A DNA stretch of 24,000 nucleotides from contig CACIXQ010000005.1 in the NCBI GenBank assembly GCA_902590655.1, positions 11,768 through 35,767 of the forward strand. The letters are read 5' to 3'. Made by a program: the position numbers and the translations under genes. A model generated the notes under the pieces. It ran no database searches. It was not told the origin of the DNA and was given only the letters and a program-made list of their open reading frames with translations. The stretch comes from an uncultured marine group I thaumarchaeote (GTDB lineage: Archaea; Thermoproteota; Nitrososphaeria; Nitrososphaerales; Nitrosopumilaceae). This document shows positions 9,000 through 15,480 of the stretch, one piece after another (positions within the stretch are counted from its first letter, which is position 1; every line of letters begins with the position of its first letter).

Positions 9000-9311
9000 A
9001 TGAAAAGATCAATCTATGCTTTGAGTACATTGGCATTATGTATGGCAATGTCCACACTTGTAATTCCAGTAATGGCATACAGTGGTTTAGGTGCAGTAGA
9101 TGGAATCACACTTGAAGAACACCTAGAATTGGCAACCAGAAAGGTTGACAAGGCTGAAGCAAACCCAGCAACAGGCTCAGGAACTCCTTATCTTGATGCA
9201 CAAGGTGTCTTAGGTTCATCTATTATTGCTGGAGCAATATTTGGTGGAATCGCTACTGCTATGTTTGTCAGAGGAAGATCTGGCAGATACGCTGCATACG
9301 GACGCGGTTAA
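9000..9311 (+). CDS. small secreted/membrane-anchored protein (signal peptide plus C-terminal TM helix and basic tail)
   Basis: 103 aa. It has an N-terminal hydrophobic signal-like segment (ALSTLALCMAMSTLVIPVMA), a C-terminal hydrophobic helix (SIIAGAIFGGIATAMFV) and the tail RGRSGRYAAYGRG. Confidence 0.55.
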   Translation: MKRSIYALSTLALCMAMSTLVIPVMAYSGLGAVDGITLEEHLELATRKVDKAEANPATGSGTPYLDAQGVLGSSIIAGAIFGGIATAMFVRGRSGRYAAYGRG

Positions 9312-9436
9312 ATTCACCTATTCCTATTTTATGAAATTTTTCTAATTCTATTAAGCTACTTTCTGATCCAATACTTTCTAGCGGTCCCTGATAATCACAG
9401 AAATGTATATATGCATTCCAATTAGTCAATTTATTG

Positions 9437-9706
9437 ATGATTCCTCTATTCGGTACACTACTTCATATTCTAACTAGTGTAACTGGACAAATAGGACCAA
9501 ACTATGACCCACTATTTTATGACGTCATGCTGTACATCTTTGGTACAATGATGTTCTCAATATTCCTACTTGGAGTTATTGGATATTGGATTAGAGTTCA
9601 CGGATGGTCATACAAGGACAACCGTGAGAGATGGGTTGATGAATTAGATAGACATTTCGAGAACGAAGGAATAGGTCTTATTCCAGACAACGGAAAGTAT
9701 TGGTAA
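9437..9706 (+). CDS. small integral membrane protein
   Basis: About 89 aa with two hydrophobic segments. I prefer ATG 9437, one codon after TTG 9434. A TATA-like GTATATAT at 9406-9413 lies about 24-31 nt upstream. Confidence 0.5.
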   Translation: MIPLFGTLLHILTSVTGQIGPNYDPLFYDVMLYIFGTMMFSIFLLGVIGYWIRVHGWSYKDNRERWVDELDRHFENEGIGLIPDNGKYW

Positions 9707-9770
9707 AATAACCAATTTTATTATTTTTCTATTTTGACATATTTTTTTATCAGTATTACTTTCTATTTTT

Positions 9771-9962
9771 ATGGCAGAACCAGAACCGGAGGAACCAGTT
9801 GAAGACGGTCCAAGTCATTTTACTCCTGATGTAATATGTCCATTCTGTCATCAAAATGTAAAAAAGCATAAGGAAGGTTGTGTTGGGAAAAGATTCCCAA
9901 AGTCAGCTAAGGATAGAGAAGAAAATACTAAAAGATTAAGGGAACTATACAAAAATCGATAA
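9771..9962 (+). CDS. small Cys-containing protein (acidic N-terminus, basic C-terminus)
   Basis: 63 aa with CPFCHQ...H..GC, a possible zinc knuckle. A T/A-rich box at 9743-9750 lies about 21-28 nt upstream of the ATG. Confidence 0.4.
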   Translation: MAEPEPEEPVEDGPSHFTPDVICPFCHQNVKKHKEGCVGKRFPKSAKDREENTKRLRELYKNR

Positions 9963-9964
9963 TT

Positions 9965-10513
9965 CTACAAGTCTGGTGGCAAAAAGTCAGCTTCTTGTGA
10001 CGCATCAAATTCTTCTGAATAAAATTCAGCCCTGTAAACTGACCCATCTTTCAGAAGTGTATGGATAAATCTATCAGATTCCTTTCCATCCATTATTATG
10101 CGGGATTTTGATTCGTCCATATCTTTCATTGGGAATTCCCAAATCCAAAGAAAATGACCAATTTCAAATGGGTATGCTTCTTCCCATTCTACGTAGATTT
10201 TTCCATCATCCGTAAGTGTATAGATAGTCCTTTGACAGTCAGAAGCCAATAAGTCATCACCAAGACTATCACCAAATCCTATGTTGGCAGGTATGTCTGC
10301 CCTGTTTCCATCCACATACAATTCTAGAGTCACTGACATTTTGTATGGTGTATCCCTGTTCTCAATACAGACTTTTAGTGGATCACTTTGGCCAAGAAAT
10401 CCTTGGATGGTACTACTGGTCACACCAACTGTGACCCCAATGATGAGTAAAATTATGAGAAACCTTATTGTTTTTCTCCTTCTGTTTGGGTCCCCCATTC
10501 CTGGCCAGCGCAT
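9965..10513 (-). CDS. membrane-anchored protein with an extracytoplasmic domain, function unknown
   Basis: 182 aa. A basic N-terminus is followed by a TM helix (IRFLIILLIIGVTVGV) and a roughly 140-aa soluble domain with two Cys. It is on the same strand as amoAB and downstream of it. Confidence 0.6.
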   Translation of the reverse strand: MRWPGMGDPNRRRKTIRFLIILLIIGVTVGVTSSTIQGFLGQSDPLKVCIENRDTPYKMSVTLELYVDGNRADIPANIGFGDSLGDDLLASDCQRTIYTLTDDGKIYVEWEEAYPFEIGHFLWIWEFPMKDMDESKSRIIMDGKESDRFIHTLLKDGSVYRAEFYSEEFDASQEADFLPPDL

Positions 10514-10547
10514 AAATCAAAAACACCTAATTTGCATAAAGTCGTTT

Positions 10548-10859
10548 CTATAATACCGATATCTCAAGCGTATCAAACTGGTCTTGATGGTCAGCAATGT
10601 AAAATGTGATTGGACTAGAATCGATTTCTACCCATTCTGATTCTCCTCTATATTCAACAAAGTCCTCAACTGATACGCCAGGACCTGAGCATTTGACTAG
10701 AACTCTCTTTTGTGTATTTATGGGAAAAGGAAGACGTAGCACTTTTCCCCTCCTTTCATCTTGTATATTTATCGTAAATTCATCGTTTTGAAATCGTACT
10801 TTTCCCTTGAAATAACTTTCATGAATGTCAAGATATTCTATTTGAAAAATATACCCCAT
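10548..10859 (-). CDS. hypothetical soluble protein immediately downstream of amoB
   Basis: 103-aa ORF with an ATG start. Its own TATA-like box (TTTATAAT on the minus strand, 10888-10895) lies about 29 nt upstream. Confidence 0.55.
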   Translation of the reverse strand: MGYIFQIEYLDIHESYFKGKVRFQNDEFTINIQDERRGKVLRLPFPINTQKRVLVKCSGPGVSVEDFVEYRGESEWVEIDSSPITFYIADHQDQFDTLEISVL

Positions 10860-10898
10860 GATATGCTAACGAAATGGTACGTTAAAAATTATAAAATG

Positions 10899-10905
10899 AA
10901 AAAAA
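10899..10905 (-). terminator. oligo-T (T7) tract downstream of amoB
   Basis: The A7 run on the plus strand is T7 on the coding strand, and it begins 12 nt after the amoB stop. Archaeal RNA polymerase terminates at oligo-T tracts. Confidence 0.45.
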
Positions 10906-10916
10906 GGATTTGTTGG

Positions 10917-11483
10917 TTAGATTACTTGCCAAGGTCTTGTTGCAAATGTTACTACATATGCAGCTGCAATCATAACGCTCTGATATGCAAGCATTCCCCA
11001 TGCGATTGGCTTCAATATTGGTTCTCCCTCTACAACAACTGTTGTTCCTGGTCCTAGACCTGGTCCTACGTTTGCAACGTTAAGTTGTGTGTGAACGTGG
11101 TAAACGCCTGGTTCTAGTGCTTTAGCAGTAATTGCATAATTTGTTACAGAGTTACCAGGTATCTGAAATACAACACCTGGTGGGTCTCTAGCCATAATCT
11201 CCCATCTGTTACCAGAGTTGGTTGATTCTGAAAATAGAGAAATCCATCCTCTTTGTTCCCTCTCAACCAGACTTACTAGAGTTCCAGAAAGAACTAGAGT
11301 TTCACCTGTAGATAGTGATTGTCGAGAAATCGCTTCATTTGTAATTTGAATAAAACGACTTTGCAGCTGTGCTTGAACACCGTGTGCCTCAGCTGATTGG
11401 ACAATTTCAGCAACATTTGGACCATACATACCAAGTACGAAAACAGCCCCTACAGTAATTGCTAGAAATTTTTTATCTATCAT
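10917..11483 (-). CDS. amoB: ammonia monooxygenase subunit B (archaeal)
   Basis: It has a signal-like N-terminus, then AHGVQAQLQSRFIQ, which is characteristic of archaeal AmoB, and a C-terminal TM helix. I prefer ATG 11483 (MIDKKFLAI...), 5 nt after the amoA stop. The ORF track's upstream ATG at 11519 would overlap amoA. Confidence 0.92.
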   Translation of the reverse strand: MIDKKFLAITVGAVFVLGMYGPNVAEIVQSAEAHGVQAQLQSRFIQITNEAISRQSLSTGETLVLSGTLVSLVEREQRGWISLFSESTNSGNRWEIMARDPPGVVFQIPGNSVTNYAITAKALEPGVYHVHTQLNVANVGPGLGPGTTVVVEGEPILKPIAWGMLAYQSVMIAAAYVVTFATRPWQVI

Positions 11484-11488
11484 GATTA

Positions 11489-12139
11489 TCAGTCCCACTT
11501 TGACCATGCGGCCATCCATCTATACGTCCACGTATTGAGCTTACAACCCAATGCTGCAAATGTACATGCTAGTACCGATCCAGCTCCCGCTCCAAGAGCT
11601 ACTGGGCTGTTATAGAACTTACCTACCTGCGGTTCTATCGGCGTCATGTATGGTGGTAATGTTGGTCTTGGATACTTGAATGCAGTTTCTAGTGGATCTG
11701 CTATCAACATCAACTGTACCATGTTGAACAGTGGCATTGACATTCCGACTAAAACTCCGCCAAAGAATATCAGCGAGTGTTTATTCTTCTTTGTCGCCCA
11801 ATATGCCAAGTCCAATAACATACACGATGGAATCCACATTGGATGAACAATGAAGTCTGCAGGGTAACCAAGTGCAAACCATGCAACTTTTGCAACCCAA
11901 GTATAGACTTGCATAATTAAACCATAATACGATGCAGTACCGGGTACACCAGTAAATGTAAGATAGTACACAGCACCAACAACTGTCATCAAAGTGTTAG
12001 CTATAGAAAATACTACAAATGAAGTCCAGGCCCAATCAGTATAGAAGATATAGTCACCAGAGTTAATTGTCAATAAAGTTGAGTTTACCGCAACTACGAC
12101 AATAAACAGATAATGAGTACATCGTCTAAGCCAGACCAT
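11489..12139 (-). CDS. amoA: ammonia monooxygenase subunit A (archaeal)
   Basis: 216 aa. MVWLRRCTHYLFIVVVAVNSTLLTIN...DYIFYTDWAWTS and FKYPRPTLPPYMTPIEPQVGKFYNSPVALG...KLNTWTYRWMAAWSKWD match the archaeal AmoA sequences I know nearly throughout. Confidence 0.97.
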   Translation of the reverse strand: MVWLRRCTHYLFIVVVAVNSTLLTINSGDYIFYTDWAWTSFVVFSIANTLMTVVGAVYYLTFTGVPGTASYYGLIMQVYTWVAKVAWFALGYPADFIVHPMWIPSCMLLDLAYWATKKNKHSLIFFGGVLVGMSMPLFNMVQLMLIADPLETAFKYPRPTLPPYMTPIEPQVGKFYNSPVALGAGAGSVLACTFAALGCKLNTWTYRWMAAWSKWD

Positions 12140-12162
12140 TAAAGAACTAGCACTAGTGTGAG

Positions 12163-12170
12163 TATATAAA
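12163..12170 (-). promoter_or_regulatory. TATA box candidate for amoA
   Basis: TTTATATA on the minus strand is centred about 27 nt upstream of the amoA ATG at 12139. This implies a leaderless or near-leaderless transcript. Confidence 0.45.
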
Positions 12171-12258
12171 ATTTTATGAAATTTCGTGGATCGAGATAGG
12201 CAAAAACCTAGAAAGTTAAAAAAACAGTTTTTGAGGTATTAACACGATTTTTTCTAAG

Positions 12259-12276
12259 TCGATCGATATCATATCG
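12259..12276. promoter_or_regulatory. overlapping palindromes in the amoA/amoX divergent intergenic region
   Basis: TCGATCGA (12259-12266) overlaps CGATAT-C-ATATCG (12264-12276). This is the only CG-rich symmetric element in an otherwise A/T-rich spacer. Confidence 0.3.
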
Positions 12277-12292
12277 CGAAGATTAAGAAAGC

Positions 12293-12300
12293 TTTTTAAA
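12293..12300 (+). promoter_or_regulatory. TATA box candidate for amoX
   Basis: TTTTTAAA lies 24-31 nt upstream of ATG 12324. Confidence 0.4.
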
Positions 12301-12323
12301 CATTCTATAATGATAATTTGCAT

Positions 12324-12680
12324 ATGACTCTACCTAAAGGATTTGGCGGAGGTGGCGGCGGAGCCAGTCGTGCTGACGTCGAGGGTATGATTGGTAAGCG
12401 TATTGAAAACTATACCAGCCTGATTACACTTTCCTACTTGGGTGCATTCTTTGCAACAATGTTTGGAACAATGGTCGGTTATCTCTATTATCCATGGGCA
12501 TACGCATCAGCAAGTGGTCACTATGCAATGATTGTACTTACAGTCATTGAAGCAATTGGTTACATCTTTTGTGTCAAAGTCGCTGAAGAAGGAACAACCA
12601 AGAAAAGCAATGGTCAAATTGCAGCTGCTTTAGCAGGTACAACAGCAATTATGCTTTATGTATCACTCTATGTAGCATAA
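12324..12680 (+). CDS. amoX: small membrane protein, probable AmoX (amoA-linked putative AMO subunit)
   Basis: 118 aa from ATG 12324 (the ORF track uses TTG 12318). A Gly6 tract is followed by 2-3 hydrophobic helices. It is divergently adjacent to amoA, which is the position of amoX/ORF38 in other ammonia-oxidising archaea. The call rests on context and topology, not on sequence I can recall. Confidence 0.5.
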   Translation: MTLPKGFGGGGGGASRADVEGMIGKRIENYTSLITLSYLGAFFATMFGTMVGYLYYPWAYASASGHYAMIVLTVIEAIGYIFCVKVAEEGTTKKSNGQIAAALAGTTAIMLYVSLYVA

Positions 12681-12817
12681 TCAAAAAGTCACCAATTTTT
12701 ATTATAATTTTTGTCTGTTACAAAGTTTGTATTTAAGCTATTTGTCATAGATCAAATAATTCTCAACTCTTTGTGATGTTTTCTTGCCTTTGTCAGAGAA
12801 AACAATTTTGCGTCAGT

Positions 12818-13685
12818 ATGACGTCTGGCACAACAACTTCAAAAATATGTACAGGAACCACGACCATTTGTAAAATGGGCTGGAGGAAAAAGACAACTTC
12901 TAGATGAATTACAGAGGAATTTCCCAAAAAAATTTGATACTTATTTTGAACCATTTCTTGGTGGTGGCGCTGTTATGTTTAATCTACTAGGAAAACATCC
13001 AGATATGAAATGCCATGTATCTGACCTAAATTCTGATTTAATTTTAGCATATTTGGCAATAAGAGACAAAGTAACTGAAGTTATTGATTCGCTTGAAGAA
13101 CATGCCAAAAAATATCAGAAAAACCCAGATTCCTACTATTATCATGTTAGAGAGTCTGAACCAGTATCGCAGATTGAGAAGGTATCAAAACTAATCTTTC
13201 TAAACAAGACTTGTTTTAACGGACTATACCGCGTAAACAGTAAAGGTAAATTCAATGTTCCATTGGGAAGATACACAAACCCAAATATTGTCAATAAATC
13301 AAATCTTCTAGCAGTAAGCCAGATCTTACAGTCATCAAATTTGGAATTTTTCTGTAGAGATTTTGAGAGCGTTTTGCATGATATTAAAAAAGGCGATTTT
13401 ATCTATTTTGATCCTCCATACCAACCTGTCAGCAAAACAGCCAGTTTTACAAGCTATACAAACAAGATGTTCACGGATGACGATCTTGACAGATTAGCAA
13501 ATCTTGCTGAAAAACTTGATTCTATGGGATGCAAGGTTTTGCTTTCAAATTCAAAATCAAAAAAAGTGGAAAAATTGTTTTCTGCATCAAAATGGACCAT
13601 TAAGGAAATTCGAGTAAATAGGGCAATAAACTCCAATTCCAAAAAGCGAACAGGTCACTCTGAGATTCTAGTTAAGAACTATTAA
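12818..13685 (+). CDS. Dam-family (D12 class) N6-adenine DNA methyltransferase, apparently frameshifted near the 5' end
   Basis: The reading frame is open from 12822. It encodes PFVKWAGGKRQLL, FEPFLGGGAV (SAM motif I) and FDPPY (motif IV). The first in-frame ATG/GTG/TTG is only at 12975, after motif I. The ATG at 12818 is in another frame and would join after loss of one A from the A5 run at 12841-12845. Confidence 0.8.
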
Positions 13686-13759
13686 AGCTCCGAGCGGGAT
13701 CCGAACCCACGACCTTTACATTACCAATGTAACGCTCTACCAGGCTGAGCTATCGGAGC
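13686..13759 (-). tRNA. tRNA-Thr (anticodon GGU)
   Basis: The reverse complement folds as a canonical 74-nt cloverleaf: acceptor GCTCCGA/TCGGAGC, anticodon stem TTACA/TGTAA with loop TTGGTAA, and T-loop TTCGGAT. Confidence 0.9.
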
Positions 13760-13852
13760 ATGTAGAATCGTCAACAAAAATCCTTATAATTCTTGGTAAA
13801 ATTTTTCATAACCATAAACTGTTAAATTTCTCTGATAGTTAGCTAGTCTAGT

Positions 13853-13973
13853 GCAGGAGTAGTCAAGCCTGGCCAAAGAAAGCATGTATGCTTTTGGACA
13901 CGCGGGACTTAAGATCATATAATGGGTGATCCCGTCTCTCAGGAGTTCGTGAGTTCGAATCTCACCTCCTGCA
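13853..13973 (+). tRNA. tRNA-Leu (anticodon UAA) with two predicted introns
   Basis: It has acceptor GCAGGAG/CTCCTGC, T-arm GTGAG-TTCGAAT-CTCAC, a long variable arm, and anticodon stem CGGGA/TCCCG with loop CTTAAGA. A class II cloverleaf (85 nt) forms only after removing about 21 nt in the D-arm (about 13879-13899, containing the hairpin AAGCAT-GT-ATGCTT) and about 15 nt at the canonical 37/38 site (about 13914-13928). Confidence 0.8.
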
Positions 13974-13975
13974 CT

Positions 13976-14362
13976 TTATCTTGTTTGTCTGATTCCTTTA
14001 GAATTTAGAATTTCATAGACGTCAGGAAGACCAAAGACATAGCCAATATGGACACAATCCTTCTCCTCACAGAGTTGGCAGTAAAGTTGACCATTTTGAA
14101 TTGCAACTTCGGCAATTCTATTTTTGATATTGTCTTTTAGAATGATTCTATCAGCATCAACTGATACCTTTTCTAGTTTAGGTGCATAACGGGCAAATGT
14201 TTTGTCTTTTTTCATCACATCTTCAAGGAGATATGTCACATAGCCTGCAAAGCTGTTGACACCCTTCATTGTCAACTCGTCTTTGTTCTTTTGATATGCC
14301 TGGTTGAACTTATCGTATACTGCTTCAGATATGGTTATTGATTTGAATCCTGGTTTTGGCAT
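13976..14362 (-). CDS. ribbon-helix-helix (CopG/Arc-like) DNA-binding protein with a C-terminal Cys/His cluster
   Basis: 128 aa. The N-terminus has an RHH-like pattern (KSITISEAVYDKFNQAY...SFAGYVTYLLEDVM). The C-terminus has CQLCEEKDCVH, a possible zinc site. Confidence 0.55.
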   Translation of the reverse strand: MPKPGFKSITISEAVYDKFNQAYQKNKDELTMKGVNSFAGYVTYLLEDVMKKDKTFARYAPKLEKVSVDADRIILKDNIKNRIAEVAIQNGQLYCQLCEEKDCVHIGYVFGLPDVYEILNSKGIRQTR

Positions 14363-14365
14363 GCT

Positions 14366-14393
14366 ATGTACCTTACCGTAAATTAAGGTACAT
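14366..14393. promoter_or_regulatory. perfect 10-bp inverted repeat (candidate operator) at the RHH gene promoter
   Basis: ATGTACCTTA (14366-14375), an 8-nt spacer, then TAAGGTACAT (14384-14393). It sits between the TATA-like TTATATAG (minus strand, 14396-14403) and the RHH ATG at 14362, so it overlaps the expected transcription start. Confidence 0.5.
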
Positions 14394-14457
14394 AACTATA
14401 TAACATTTTTTGTTAGTATTTTTTTGACCAACACGAATCAGCCTTTATACACGATAA

Positions 14458-15369
14458 ATGCAGTTTACGATCATGGCTAGAGGGTATCAAACTGAGGAAA
14501 TAAAAGAAAAACTGGTTGACCTATTGACCACCTCCAGGACTGGGCTTTCTGGTCTTGAAATCTCTGAGCGTCTAGAGATTAATCGTATCACGACAACAAA
14601 GTACCTTAACATCTTTGCTGCTGAGGGTTTGATTAAACAGAAGAACATTGGTAACGTTAATCTCTGGTTTATCGAGGATGGTACTGAGAAGTTTAATTTT
14701 CCTGAGGATCTTTTCAAAGTAAAAACCAAGTATGTTGAATACCTAACTGCACGAAAGGAACAACAAGTGTATAATCTTGTAAGGAATTCCTTCCATTCTA
14801 CAACGCAGCCTGTCAAAATAATAACAGAGATTATCGTTCCTGCAATAGAATCAATATATGGTATATTTGATCAGGGAAAGATTGGTAAATCTGAACTCAA
14901 TCTTCTGGAAAAAATCATCTCCAATTCTATACAAATAATCAAACTTGAAAATTTTGATATTGACACAAAAAAGAAAGTAATTTTGATATCAGCTGACCAC
15001 CAAAGTACTCTGCTTTCAGAAGCAACATCAGCCACTTTTCATGCTGATGGATGGCAAGTCTATTCTTTGGGTGATATGTCTTCATCCATTGATGTCTTAT
15101 TTGATCTTGACCTGCAGAAGCTTCTAACTAAAGTTTGGAAGGCTGGGTCTGGAATGATGGTAATTATTGTATTTTCGTCAACACCAGAAAGTATGAAATT
15201 CTTTGCTGAATCTGTTAATTCCATTAAGGCAAAATCCAGAAGAAACCTGCATCTTGCTGTTTGTGGTGACATGAAGAAAAATGCTGGAATTAAGGCTGAT
15301 TTGATAGAGGAAGATGTTGAGGCAATATTACAATGGTCACAAACAACATTTGAGAGCTCAACTTCATGA
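14458..15369 (+). CDS. winged-helix DNA-binding protein fused to a B12-binding-like (cap helix bundle plus Rossmann) module
   Basis: The N-terminal wHTH pattern is GLSGLEISERLEINRITTTKYLNIFAAEGLI. The middle segment IVPAIESIYGIFDQGKIGKSELNLLEKI resembles the B12-binding cap. The C-terminal KKVILISADHQSTLL...GWQVYSLGDM...MMVIIVFSS...LHLAVCGD resembles the cobalamin-binding Rossmann domain, but with a degenerate DxHxxG. The start may be ATG 14473, because a TATA-like CTTTATAC at 14443-14450 is centred about 26 nt upstream of it. Confidence 0.5.
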   Translation: MQFTIMARGYQTEEIKEKLVDLLTTSRTGLSGLEISERLEINRITTTKYLNIFAAEGLIKQKNIGNVNLWFIEDGTEKFNFPEDLFKVKTKYVEYLTARKEQQVYNLVRNSFHSTTQPVKIITEIIVPAIESIYGIFDQGKIGKSELNLLEKIISNSIQIIKLENFDIDTKKKVILISADHQSTLLSEATSATFHADGWQVYSLGDMSSSIDVLFDLDLQKLLTKVWKAGSGMMVIIVFSSTPESMKFFAESVNSIKAKSRRNLHLAVCGDMKKNAGIKADLIEEDVEAILQWSQTTFESSTS

Positions 15370-15378
15370 TTAAAAGTA

Positions 15379-15453
15379 TGGGCCCGATGAGATTCGAACT
15401 CATGACCTTTCGATTATCAGTCGAACGCTCCAGCCAAGCTGAGCTACGAGCCC
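15379..15453 (-). tRNA. tRNA-Ile (anticodon GAU)
   Basis: The reverse complement is GGGCTCGTAGCTCAGCTTGGCTGGAGCGTTCGACTGATAATCGAAAGGTCATGAGTTCGAATCTCATCGGGCCCA. It folds as a canonical cloverleaf with anticodon loop CTGATAA. Confidence 0.9.
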
Positions 15454-15480
15454 TGAAAAATTTGCTTTACACTACGTGTT

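Noticed and set aside
10281-11846. ORFs 10281-10553, 10606-10791, 10761-11057 and 11646-11846 on the plus strand within the amo region
   Set aside because: They overlap amoA, amoB and the downstream minus-strand ORFs, and amoA and amoB are unambiguous. No promoter geometry or motifs support them.
12346-12363. G-rich tract ggcggaggtggcggcgga as a possible G-quadruplex or repeat
   Set aside because: It lies in frame within the putative amoX gene and simply encodes a Gly6 run. It has no four-tract G-quadruplex pattern.
12681-13759. The possibility that the Dam-like gene is the remnant of an element integrated into the 3' end of tRNA-Thr
   Set aside because: The gene abuts the tRNA 3' end, which is the classical integration side. 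However, I find no integrase and no direct repeat of the tRNA 3' segment (AGCTCCGAGCGGGATCC...) in 12681-12821. I also see no obvious compositional break. The evidence is too weak to call a mobile element.
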